Positions 44,202 through 52,612 of a stretch of DNA of 64,000 nt are shown piece by piece (the first letter of the stretch is position 1; the number at the start of each line of letters is the position of its first letter). This DNA is from Planctomycetota bacterium. GTDB lineage: Bacteria; Planctomycetota; Phycisphaerae; UBA1845. Under the pieces are notes generated by a model. It was given only the letters and a program-made list of their open reading frames with translations, searched no databases and had not been told where the DNA came from. The position numbers and the translations under genes are program-made. Location: the NCBI GenBank assembly GCA_024275565.1, contig JAJRYY010000009.1, positions 6,756 to 70,755 on the forward strand, written 5' to 3'.

Positions 44202-45515
44202 TCAGGGGCAGCCTGCGCCCATTCCCGTGAAGACTGATTGAAATGCGCTGTAATCGTCGAGGTCGACATCGCTGTCGGCATCGGCGTCAAAACATGCACA
44301 CTCTGGGGGCAATGCAGCACCGGTCGTGTCAAAACAGGCCTGGAACAAGGCGAAATCGGAGATATCGACATCACAATCGGCATCGATATCCTGCGGTGGA
44401 TCGTTACAACCCGATTCGCAATCGTCGGCTATACCGTTGGAGTTGTCGTCTGCACAATCTGTTTCAAACCCGGCCCATGCGCTGTTGGGGATGATGCTGC
44501 AATCCGCATCGGTCAATATAAGACAGTTTCCATTGCTGAGGCAACACGCGCCTTGGGGTTGTGGGCAGATCACGTCATCACAGACACTGTCATTCCCCTG
44601 AAATACACCGCCCGCAGCTTCACATACATCCGGCGGAACCTCCTCCACACACTGACCTGCCGGCATGCAACACGCACCGGCTGCGAAGCACTCTATCGCA
44701 TCGCAGGTCGTCCCCACACCCTGTCGAAATCCTTTGGCGGCGATGCAGTTTTCCGCCGTCAGATCGAGACAACCACCGGAGAGAAAACAGCACGCCTCCA
44801 TGGGGTCCGGGCAGTCTATGATACCGCAATCTGTGTTGTTGCCCTGGTAGACCCCGCCAAGCCCGACACACAAACCGCTCGAAACACCATCCTGACACTC
44901 GCCGGTCGGAAGACAGCACCCCCCCATCGGAGCAGCACAATCGACCACCGCACGAATCGCTACATCGCCCTGAAGAAAAGTGCAAAAATTGATCCACCCC
45001 CCCTGAAACGGAGCGAACAACGCATTGCGCCCGCCTTGGCAACCATCTGTATCTCGCAGGATGCTGGGTGTTCCAGCCAGGATGTTCGTCGCATTCCCGA
45101 ACTCCAGCGACACAACAAACACTTCACCCTCACTGACGGAGATTGCAAATGGCGTCCCTGCCTTGTCGATGCTGCGGAACTCGTTGAGGCTTCCCGGTGT
45201 GAGGACCGGACCTTCGAGCTGCAACAGGACCGCTCCTGGGTCGGGAAATGCGCCCTGCGCATAGACCCACATGTTCTCCTCTAATGTGGGGATGGCTGCT
45301 GCGTCTGCTGAAAACCATAAAATCTGGAGTGCAACGATATCCCCATCACAGGGAGAGGTCAGCCAGGCAGCGACCTGCTCACTGGCATCGAAATCGCCGA
45401 CAAGCACCGCCTGCCCGAAATCCACGATCGAATCGTTCAGGACGACCTGCTCCTGTGCGTGGGCCAGTGCAGCAGACATCGCCAACACAAGAAACCCGTT
45501 GAATGTGTTTCTCAT
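44202..45515 (-). CDS. secreted Cys-rich repeat protein with C-terminal double Ca-loop module
   Basis: A signal peptide is present. There are four or more repeats of the form ACC(L/F)xxGxCxxxxxxxCxxxGGVYQGNxxxCxxxxCP, as also seen in the MCO N-terminus. The C-terminus reads DIDADCDVDISDFALFQACFD...CACFDADADSDVDLDDYSAFQSVFTG. Confidence 0.6.
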   Translation of the reverse strand: MRNTFNGFLVLAMSAALAHAQEQVVLNDSIVDFGQAVLVGDFDASEQVAAWLTSPCDGDIVALQILWFSADAAAIPTLEENMWVYAQGAFPDPGAVLLQLEGPVLTPGSLNEFRSIDKAGTPFAISVSEGEVFVVSLEFGNATNILAGTPSILRDTDGCQGGRNALFAPFQGGWINFCTFLQGDVAIRAVVDCAAPMGGCCLPTGECQDGVSSGLCVGLGGVYQGNNTDCGIIDCPDPMEACCFLSGGCLDLTAENCIAAKGFRQGVGTTCDAIECFAAGACCMPAGQCVEEVPPDVCEAAGGVFQGNDSVCDDVICPQPQGACCLSNGNCLILTDADCSIIPNSAWAGFETDCADDNSNGIADDCESGCNDPPQDIDADCDVDISDFALFQACFDTTGAALPPECACFDADADSDVDLDDYSAFQSVFTGMGAGCP

Positions 45516-45923
45516 GATATCAACTCGTTGAACCATAGATCGACTGCATAGCATCATCTTTTTATCGGACCTCGTTACAGCAAACTCACTTGATCGCACA
45601 CACATGCACCTGTCGCACGTTCATGCACCTGTCGCATGTCGCGGACAACGCGAGACGCACCAGGTTATTCTTGCAAAGCACATGACGATTTTCAATGCGA
45701 TAATGAGATAAAGGTGCGAACTCGCCAGTTTCGCACGCTGGAAGTGTCATCAATTGAAGAATTTGCACCCTTTGACGGTGCGAAATCCGCCTTTCATCGC
45801 CGGAAGCAATGTGCCGGCTGGGTCGTTTGCTTCAGTGGATGGTATCGCACGCTCTGGTGTAGCATCACGCTCTGGTGTGCATCTTGCTCTGGTGTGGGAT
45901 TTTGCTCTGGTGTGCATCTTGCT

Positions 45924-48900
45924 TTATGGAGCGGTATCGCCCCGGCGTACATCCTGCATCGCTCTTTGGATGAGAGGTCGATAATGTGTGCCGACACCTT
46001 CCTTGATGAGGTTTTCCGCTCCTTCCAGCAATGATTTTGCTTTGTCGAGGTCGCCTGAGCGTCGGTAGGCTTCTGCGAGGTGGTAAATGGCGGGGACGTA
46101 TTGCCGTTCCTTTTCGAGCAGCTTTGTGAGGAGTGCGATGGCTTCCGGATATTCTCCGAGCTTGACGTGCGTCCATGCGAGCGTGTCCTTGACGGTTGGA
46201 TGCCCATGGACCTGGGCTGCGCGCTGTGCGTAGGCGAGTGCGTCGCGCGGTCGATCCATTTTATCGCTCAGGAGGAATGCGAGGTTGTTGAGTCCTATAA
46301 TGTTGGTGTCGCTTATTTCCAGCAGGGCTTCATAGGTTTGCCTCGCGTTCTCGTAGTCTTCCTGCCGCTCATAGACGTTGCCAAGTCTGGCAAGGATGTA
46401 GATTTTCTCGGCATCGATGTTCGATGTTTCGATGATGCCCTGCATCAATGCTATTGCTTCTGAATCCTGCTCAAAATGTGCGCGGAGAATGGCGAGGATG
46501 TGGCGTTGTGCCCGCTCGAGCGTCGGGTCATCCAGTTTTTCGCTGAACAAGCCGACGGATTCTTCCTTGTCACACGAGCGAATGACGGCGACTCCGATTT
46601 CTTCCAGTGGACGTAATGTGCCGAACCCGGAATCTCGGAACGCCTTCAGGAACAATGGTACTGCCAATTCGAGCTGCCCGGTGTGTGCCAGCAGTTCGGC
46701 GTATCTTGCCTGAATGATCGTGTTAATTTTATCCTCAGGGACGACCTCCTTGTAGTATGTCAGCCCGCGATCGTATTGCTTCAGGGTGATGTATGCGCCA
46801 AGGAGGGATGCGACCTGGTCGGAATCGTATCCACTTAGTTTGGCTGCCTTCTCGTAGTCGACTATCGCGCTGGCTGCATCGCCGACCTTCATCTTCAACT
46901 CGCCGCGCTGGGTCACCCAGTAGGGATTGTCCTTGTAGCGATTTGCCATGGACGTCACTATGCGAATTGCGTCTGTATATCTGTCATGTACCTGATACAT
47001 GGCGACGAGATGTTTCGCCACCTTGATGGCTGACGGATCGTCGCGCAGAATTGATTCGAGCCCCTGGAACGCGAGTTCAAGATTGTGGACGAGTGCATAC
47101 CCATCCGCCAACAGCAGACGTGACTCGTAGTTCTGGAATTTCGGATCGACGCTTCTGATGCGTTCGAGCTCACGGATCGCGATAGGCCAACGCCCCTGTG
47201 AACCGTACAAGCGCGCTCGCTGCAAGGTTGCGTTGAGATCGTCTGGATGCCTGTCGAGATAGCGCGAGAGGTGTTCGATGGCGTCATCGACGCGGCCTGA
47301 GACGATTGAGACTGCGCTGTTGAGCAACATCACGTTCGGATCTTCCGGGTAACGCCGCTCAAAATCCTCGACGGCCTGCTGTGCGAGTTCCTTCTGGTGT
47401 GTTCGGAAAAACAGGTCGATTTTTCGACGCCGGAATTGAATGGCGATCTGTGTGGATTTCTGATCTGCGAGGTTGATTGCCCGATCGTACCATTCCAAAG
47501 CCGCTTCGAAGTCGCGTGCGTCAGTTTTAAAGGTGGCGAATGCAGCACACACTTCCAGGAATTCACCATGCGAGGCTGCGCGTTGCAGTGCGGCTTCTGC
47601 CCGTTTCATGTCGCCCTGCACATGCCAATGTTCTGCGAGAAGAAGCTCTGCTTTTGCTTTGGATTCCGGATCGGTCGCTTTTTTCGCATACCCCTGCAAG
47701 ACCTCGAGGGCGCGATCGGTCTCACCAATGGAGCGGAAGAATTTTGCGGCGATCAGGATCGTGTTGATGCGTGTGTCGGGTATTTTGAGGGCGTCATCGA
47801 AACATGCGACGGCATTTGGAATCTGCTTGGTGCGGATGTAGAGGTCCGCCAGCGCGATGAGATTTTCAACATTGGATGGCTGACTTGCCCGAATACGCTC
47901 TCGTCTCTGGATGCCCTCCACAGGCGTGGATTTTTCGCGAAGCGTCAGCAACTGAGACTGGACCCACGAATCGTTGGGGATCAGTTTGTCGCAATATTGA
48001 AGCCGCCGCACCAGCTCTTGCGGATTTCCCTGGACCGATGCGATGATCGCCAGCCCCTTTTGCGCCGCGCCGAGGTTTGGATTGGCTTCTACTGCCCTTG
48101 TAAAGTAGGTGCTTGCCTCGATGATGCGCGGCGGGGTGACAGACATTTGCGACTGCGCCATCAAGGTGAGCACATCGGCATTGGTGGGCTGCTTCTCCAA
48201 CGCCAGCTTGAACGATGAAATCGCCCCCTCATGGTCGCCCAGGACCTGGTACACACGGCCGCGATACGAGAGGCCGTCCGCCCCGTCGATGTTTTCCTTC
48301 ACGGCGGCTTGAACAATGGATTCCATCTCTTCTTCGTCGCGGGCTTCGGCGGCGGCGGCGAAACGTCGGTCCAGGATTTCGCGGAGGAATTTCTGCCGTA
48401 TCCCCTGATTTACGTTTGATTCGGGGGCGAGAAGTGCCGTTTGTGCAAGCTTGAGTGCAGCGACGTATGCGTCACGATTGCCATGCTGCAATTCAAGCTT
48501 GGCGATGCGGAAATTCCGTTCAAAATCGCTGGGAATCTCTTCGATCACCTTCATCTGGGCGTCATATCGCACCTCAGGAGCCATGTCTGGATCAGACACA
48601 GTCTCAAGCATCTTGAGGACCACGCTGTCTGGAGATTCTGCCATCCCACGGCGCACCAAAGTCAGCGCCTTGTCGTTCTGTTTCGCCTCATTGAGAATCT
48701 GCACCGCAAGCCGCAGGCAGGTGATGTTGGCTGGTTCATTTTGCAGCAGAGACTCGAGTATGGGCATTGCATCTGCCCCCTTGCCTGCGTCGTATAGCGC
48801 CTTGGCTTCCCGGTACAGATCGACCGGGGCTTCACGGAAGTAACTGTCGCGAATCGCGTTTGCAAGCTCCACCTGTCCGCGCCGCTGCAACGCCGTCATC

Positions 48901-50429
48901 TTCACGCGCAGTGCTTCTCGATTCTCCGGACTGCGTCGCAGGGCTTCGTCGACGGCTTGCAACGCCATCATGTCTTTGTTTGTCTCCAGCAAGATCTGTC
49001 CGTACAGCACCCAGCAGGAGGCGTCGGCTGTGTCATCGCCAATCGCATCGGCGATGGCTGACTCCGCGGCGCCTGGGCTTCCGCTTCGCAACAGGAGCTG
49101 TGCGAGCAAGCGACTGTTCTGCCAGTTTGGCTTTCCAAATTGCTTCCTCGCGTGCTCAAGAAGCGTGATCGCCTCGCGCTCGCGCCCCTGCCCGACTCGA
49201 ATCTTGCCCATCGTGTGCAGACCTGGACCCTGATCCGGAAATTCACCCGATGCCAGCACTGCAAAACCCTCAGCACGATCGAGAACCTCTGTGTACTCCT
49301 CCGAACCGGGATCGACTGTGGCTGCGTGTGCGAGACATTCTTCGGCGGCTTTTATCATGGTCAGATAAAGTGCGAACTTGCGCTGGAAGGTTTTGAATCC
49401 TTCGCGTCTGATGCCGAGATCGATGCGACTCTGACAGATTTTTACTGCTTCAAGATGATCGCCCTGGTATCCCGAAAGCTCGGCCAGGAGCATGTATGGC
49501 ATGAACCCCCTGTCGTAGATGGCGATGCTTTCTTCCAGCAGCTTCCTGGCGTTGTTGTAGTACTGCTCTGCTTCTTTCGCCAGGGCAGGGTCTCGTACAA
49601 CCTTGTACCAGCGAGCCACCCAGTACTGGGCAAACTGAGATTTGACATTGCCCGCGATTTCAGGATCGTCCCCGGAAAATTGCTCCGCTGCACGGAAATA
49701 TTTCAATGCGTCTTCGTGCTTGTTGTTGGCAGAAAGATACCGGGCAAACGTGTAACGCACACGCGCAGCCTCCTCGCCAGGCGTCTGGTGAACTTCGATC
49801 AGGCGTTTCAGTATGTTTTCTGCTTCCTCGGTGCGACCTTCAAGATGGATGATGCTCGCCATCGACAGCGCATACTTGACTACGTTTGGAGCAACCCGGA
49901 CCGCTCGGCGAATGTAGTCAATCCCCTCCCGACGATTTCCGCCGTCCTTCTCTGACAGACGCAACAATGCCGTCCCCAGACTGTAAAGCCCGAGCGGATT
50001 CTCCTGGTCGACTGCGAGCAATTCCTCGGATGCTTTTTTGACGCGTAACCAGCCTGCCGGCGTGCTGTGCATTTCCACCAGCTGGTTGGCTTTCTCGATG
50101 CCTTTTTCATGCGCCTCGACCAGGGAAGGGTCCTGATTGATCGCCTTCACCCAGAGCTCCCATGCCCCCTCGTCGTCGCCCTTCTCGTCGAGCATCTTTC
50201 CGGCTTCGACATAATACTTCGCGTCTCCGGAAACATTGGCTGCACGCATGTAAAAACTCTTGGCTTGCAACCAGTCGTTCTCGCTGGCACATTTCTTCGC
50301 CAGCTCAACATAGTGCGTTGGATCTGTCTGTCTCAGCGACAGAACCATGATCACGCCCACCGCTGTCATCACCACAAATCCTGCAAACGTCAGAGCACCG
50401 ACGAGTGGCTTGTTTATTTTCCTGGCCAT
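45924..50429 (-). CDS. membrane-anchored giant TPR-repeat protein (1501 aa)
   Basis: An N-terminal TM helix is followed by more than 30 TPR-like helical repeats. Confidence 0.75.
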   Translation of the reverse strand: MARKINKPLVGALTFAGFVVMTAVGVIMVLSLRQTDPTHYVELAKKCASENDWLQAKSFYMRAANVSGDAKYYVEAGKMLDEKGDDEGAWELWVKAINQDPSLVEAHEKGIEKANQLVEMHSTPAGWLRVKKASEELLAVDQENPLGLYSLGTALLRLSEKDGGNRREGIDYIRRAVRVAPNVVKYALSMASIIHLEGRTEEAENILKRLIEVHQTPGEEAARVRYTFARYLSANNKHEDALKYFRAAEQFSGDDPEIAGNVKSQFAQYWVARWYKVVRDPALAKEAEQYYNNARKLLEESIAIYDRGFMPYMLLAELSGYQGDHLEAVKICQSRIDLGIRREGFKTFQRKFALYLTMIKAAEECLAHAATVDPGSEEYTEVLDRAEGFAVLASGEFPDQGPGLHTMGKIRVGQGREREAITLLEHARKQFGKPNWQNSRLLAQLLLRSGSPGAAESAIADAIGDDTADASCWVLYGQILLETNKDMMALQAVDEALRRSPENREALRVKMTALQRRGQVELANAIRDSYFREAPVDLYREAKALYDAGKGADAMPILESLLQNEPANITCLRLAVQILNEAKQNDKALTLVRRGMAESPDSVVLKMLETVSDPDMAPEVRYDAQMKVIEEIPSDFERNFRIAKLELQHGNRDAYVAALKLAQTALLAPESNVNQGIRQKFLREILDRRFAAAAEARDEEEMESIVQAAVKENIDGADGLSYRGRVYQVLGDHEGAISSFKLALEKQPTNADVLTLMAQSQMSVTPPRIIEASTYFTRAVEANPNLGAAQKGLAIIASVQGNPQELVRRLQYCDKLIPNDSWVQSQLLTLREKSTPVEGIQRRERIRASQPSNVENLIALADLYIRTKQIPNAVACFDDALKIPDTRINTILIAAKFFRSIGETDRALEVLQGYAKKATDPESKAKAELLLAEHWHVQGDMKRAEAALQRAASHGEFLEVCAAFATFKTDARDFEAALEWYDRAINLADQKSTQIAIQFRRRKIDLFFRTHQKELAQQAVEDFERRYPEDPNVMLLNSAVSIVSGRVDDAIEHLSRYLDRHPDDLNATLQRARLYGSQGRWPIAIRELERIRSVDPKFQNYESRLLLADGYALVHNLELAFQGLESILRDDPSAIKVAKHLVAMYQVHDRYTDAIRIVTSMANRYKDNPYWVTQRGELKMKVGDAASAIVDYEKAAKLSGYDSDQVASLLGAYITLKQYDRGLTYYKEVVPEDKINTIIQARYAELLAHTGQLELAVPLFLKAFRDSGFGTLRPLEEIGVAVIRSCDKEESVGLFSEKLDDPTLERAQRHILAILRAHFEQDSEAIALMQGIIETSNIDAEKIYILARLGNVYERQEDYENARQTYEALLEISDTNIIGLNNLAFLLSDKMDRPRDALAYAQRAAQVHGHPTVKDTLAWTHVKLGEYPEAIALLTKLLEKERQYVPAIYHLAEAYRRSGDLDKAKSLLEGAENLIKEGVGTHYRPLIQRAMQDVRRGDTAP

Positions 50430-50555
50430 AATGCGAGATCACTCCGTACGGGTCATGCTTGCAGATCAAAAGTGCACACCAGTTAGACGCTTCCTACCAA
50501 AAAACGCACCAAGCTTCCTGCTCAGTCTTACTGCTCAGTCTTTCTGTCCATCTTC

Positions 50556-51350
50556 CTACAAAGCTTCCTGATCGTCTTCCAGTTCGGCTTCCTGTTCAGC
50601 TTCCAGTTCAGCTTCCTTGATCGCCTTCCAGTCAGGCCAATGTTCTTCAATCAGCAAGGGCAGGATGCGCGACAATATCTCGCGTGTCTCCTCGATCGCC
50701 TCTTCACGCGTTGGGAATGTCACCGTCCCGACGGTCACCTCAACCTTGCTATAGTATGCCTGACTGTCGTATGGGTTCGTAATCGCGCGAATGATCTCGC
50801 CTCGTCTGGCTGCAAATTTTCCATTCGCGTGGAACGTATAGATCACGGTCATGCTTGCGCTGTTGAAAATGCCCGTTTTCACGAACGTAAGAACGCGAAC
50901 CGTCACTTCCTTATCACCCTTCAGCGTGGGGATGGTCAGCGTGACGTAATCCTGCGAATCTGCCTCATAACCAGAAGCTGCCAGGCAAATATCGGGCGTG
51001 TGCAGATGCCGCTCGGTATTTCCGGGGTAGTAGGTCACCGACACCCGCGCGTAACGGCGCGGATCGTCGGGAGAATCGAGTTTCGTATTTTCCAGTACCC
51101 AGTTGATGTACTGATCCGTGCCAAGGGTCTCGACCACCGAAGATTCGAGCTGGTGAGATTTCACAAGATGGTATTTTCCAAGACGCCGCTCATCGAGTTG
51201 AGAGAGGGGTTTCCGAAGCTGAGCAGCCACCTTTTCCGTCGATACCCGGACGAGGCGTGCAAGGGGTTGCAATCCCAGGGCTGTAACACCCAGCAACATC
51301 GTGCAGATGAGAAACGGTTTGTTAAAAAAAGGAGGTGCCTGCTGACTCAT
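50556..51350 (-). CDS. hypothetical membrane-anchored protein with acidic C-terminal tail
   Basis: 264 aa with an N-terminal TM helix and a C-terminal tail EAELEAEQEAELEDDQEAL. It lies directly upstream of the TPR giant on the same strand. Confidence 0.45.
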   Translation of the reverse strand: MSQQAPPFFNKPFLICTMLLGVTALGLQPLARLVRVSTEKVAAQLRKPLSQLDERRLGKYHLVKSHQLESSVVETLGTDQYINWVLENTKLDSPDDPRRYARVSVTYYPGNTERHLHTPDICLAASGYEADSQDYVTLTIPTLKGDKEVTVRVLTFVKTGIFNSASMTVIYTFHANGKFAARRGEIIRAITNPYDSQAYYSKVEVTVGTVTFPTREEAIEETREILSRILPLLIEEHWPDWKAIKEAELEAEQEAELEDDQEAL

Positions 51351-51644
51351 TTCATCAATCGCTGTAAACTGTTTATCGACAATGCTTTAGAAGATTCGTA
51401 CGCATTCGAAGCACTTCCGGGGCATAGGATTATCGGGCCTTGCTTAAAGGTTACTCCGCCACCGAATACCGGTCAATTGTCCCGGGCATCGCTACCACCG
51501 GGAGACCGGATACTGGTCAATCGGAAGACCACCCTCGTCAATCCATGCTGGAGTCTCGTCAATCCGTGCTCGAGTATTGCGAATCCTGCCATGTCGGGCA
51601 GTGAGACGTCCGGGGCTGCACTCAACCGCTCCCCCATCTTCCAT

Positions 51645-51730
51645 GATTCCCCTGTGCTCCCCGCACTCCCTGTGCTCCCCGCACTCCCTGTACCCCCTGC
51701 ACTCGCTGTACTCCCTACCCTCCCTGTACG
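51645..51730. repeat. 18-bp tandem repeats (CCGCACTCCCTGTGCTCC x2 plus 2-3 degenerate units) upstream of the acetyltransferase gene
   Basis: Read directly from the sequence. Confidence 0.6.
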
Positions 51731-51814
51731 AATTGGCGACGATTGGTGTTCAGAGACGCTTTGCAATGTCCGATAAACCAAAATGACAATATCGCAGACT
51801 ATCGGGAGCGACTC

Positions 51815-52513
51815 ATGAAATCGATCATCGTAGGGTGCGGCGGGCATGGTCGTGTGGTACTGGATATCCTCCGGGCCGCCGAGATTCATGAGGTTGTGGG
51901 TTTCCTCGATTCCAATGCTGATATGAGTGGTCGGCGGATCGATGGGCTTGAGGTGCTTGGTGATTTGTCTGCCCTGGGGCGTGTTCGACATGACCTTGAG
52001 GTCGAGGGAGCAATCATCGCGATCGGCGACAACGGCGTTCGCCGCCATTATGCTGATATTTGCGAACGTACAGGCCTGAAGCTGGTCAACGCGATCCACC
52101 CGTCTGCGAATGTGGCTGCCAATGCTATTATCGGACGTAACGTCGTCATCGCAGCCGGCGCCCTCGTCTGCGCTCACTGCCAGATCGGCGATTCGGTCAT
52201 CCTCAACACCGGCAGCATCGTCGACCACGAAACCATGATCGGGACAGCCACGCATGTCTGCCCTGGCGCAAGACTTGCCGGTCGAGTCTCAGTCGAATCG
52301 GGTGCTTTTGTGGGCATCGGTGCGACGGTCATTCAAAGCGTGCGGATTGGTTGCGATGCGATTATCGGAGCTGGTGCCGTCGTGACTGACAACGTCGCAC
52401 CGCTGACGACCATGGTCGGCGTGCCAGCCCGCGAAATCAAACGGACCTGCGACGACGAATGGTCGACCTGGCTGGTGCCGGAATCTCTCCGCCGAACAGC
52501 ACCCGTTTCATAA
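51815..52513 (+). CDS. NeuD/PglD-family sugar N/O-acetyltransferase (left-handed beta-helix)
   Basis: MKSIIVGCGGHGRVVLDIL is the NeuD-type N-terminal Rossmann-like start. The C-terminal half carries hexapeptide repeats. Confidence 0.7.
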   Translation: MKSIIVGCGGHGRVVLDILRAAEIHEVVGFLDSNADMSGRRIDGLEVLGDLSALGRVRHDLEVEGAIIAIGDNGVRRHYADICERTGLKLVNAIHPSANVAANAIIGRNVVIAAGALVCAHCQIGDSVILNTGSIVDHETMIGTATHVCPGARLAGRVSVESGAFVGIGATVIQSVRIGCDAIIGAGAVVTDNVAPLTTMVGVPAREIKRTCDDEWSTWLVPESLRRTAPVS

Positions 52514-52527
52514 CCCCGCGATCGAAT

Positions 52528-52610
52528 CTGATCACGACCTGCAACGAGAAACTGATCACGGACTGCAACGAGTAACTGGTCACGGCCTGCAACGATAAAC
52601 TGGTCATCAC
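52528..52610. repeat. 24-bp tandem repeat x3.5 (CTGATCACGGACTGCAACGAGTAA) filling the convergent gap between the acetyltransferase and S8 protease genes
   Basis: Read directly from the sequence. Confidence 0.65.
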
Positions 52611-52612
52611 CC

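Noticed and set aside
51473-52255. 260-aa minus-strand ORF containing GSTGSAGSTGSAG repeats
   Set aside because: The repeats are simply the translation of the 18-bp DNA tandem array. The ORF overlaps the well-supported NeuD-like acetyltransferase on the opposite strand.
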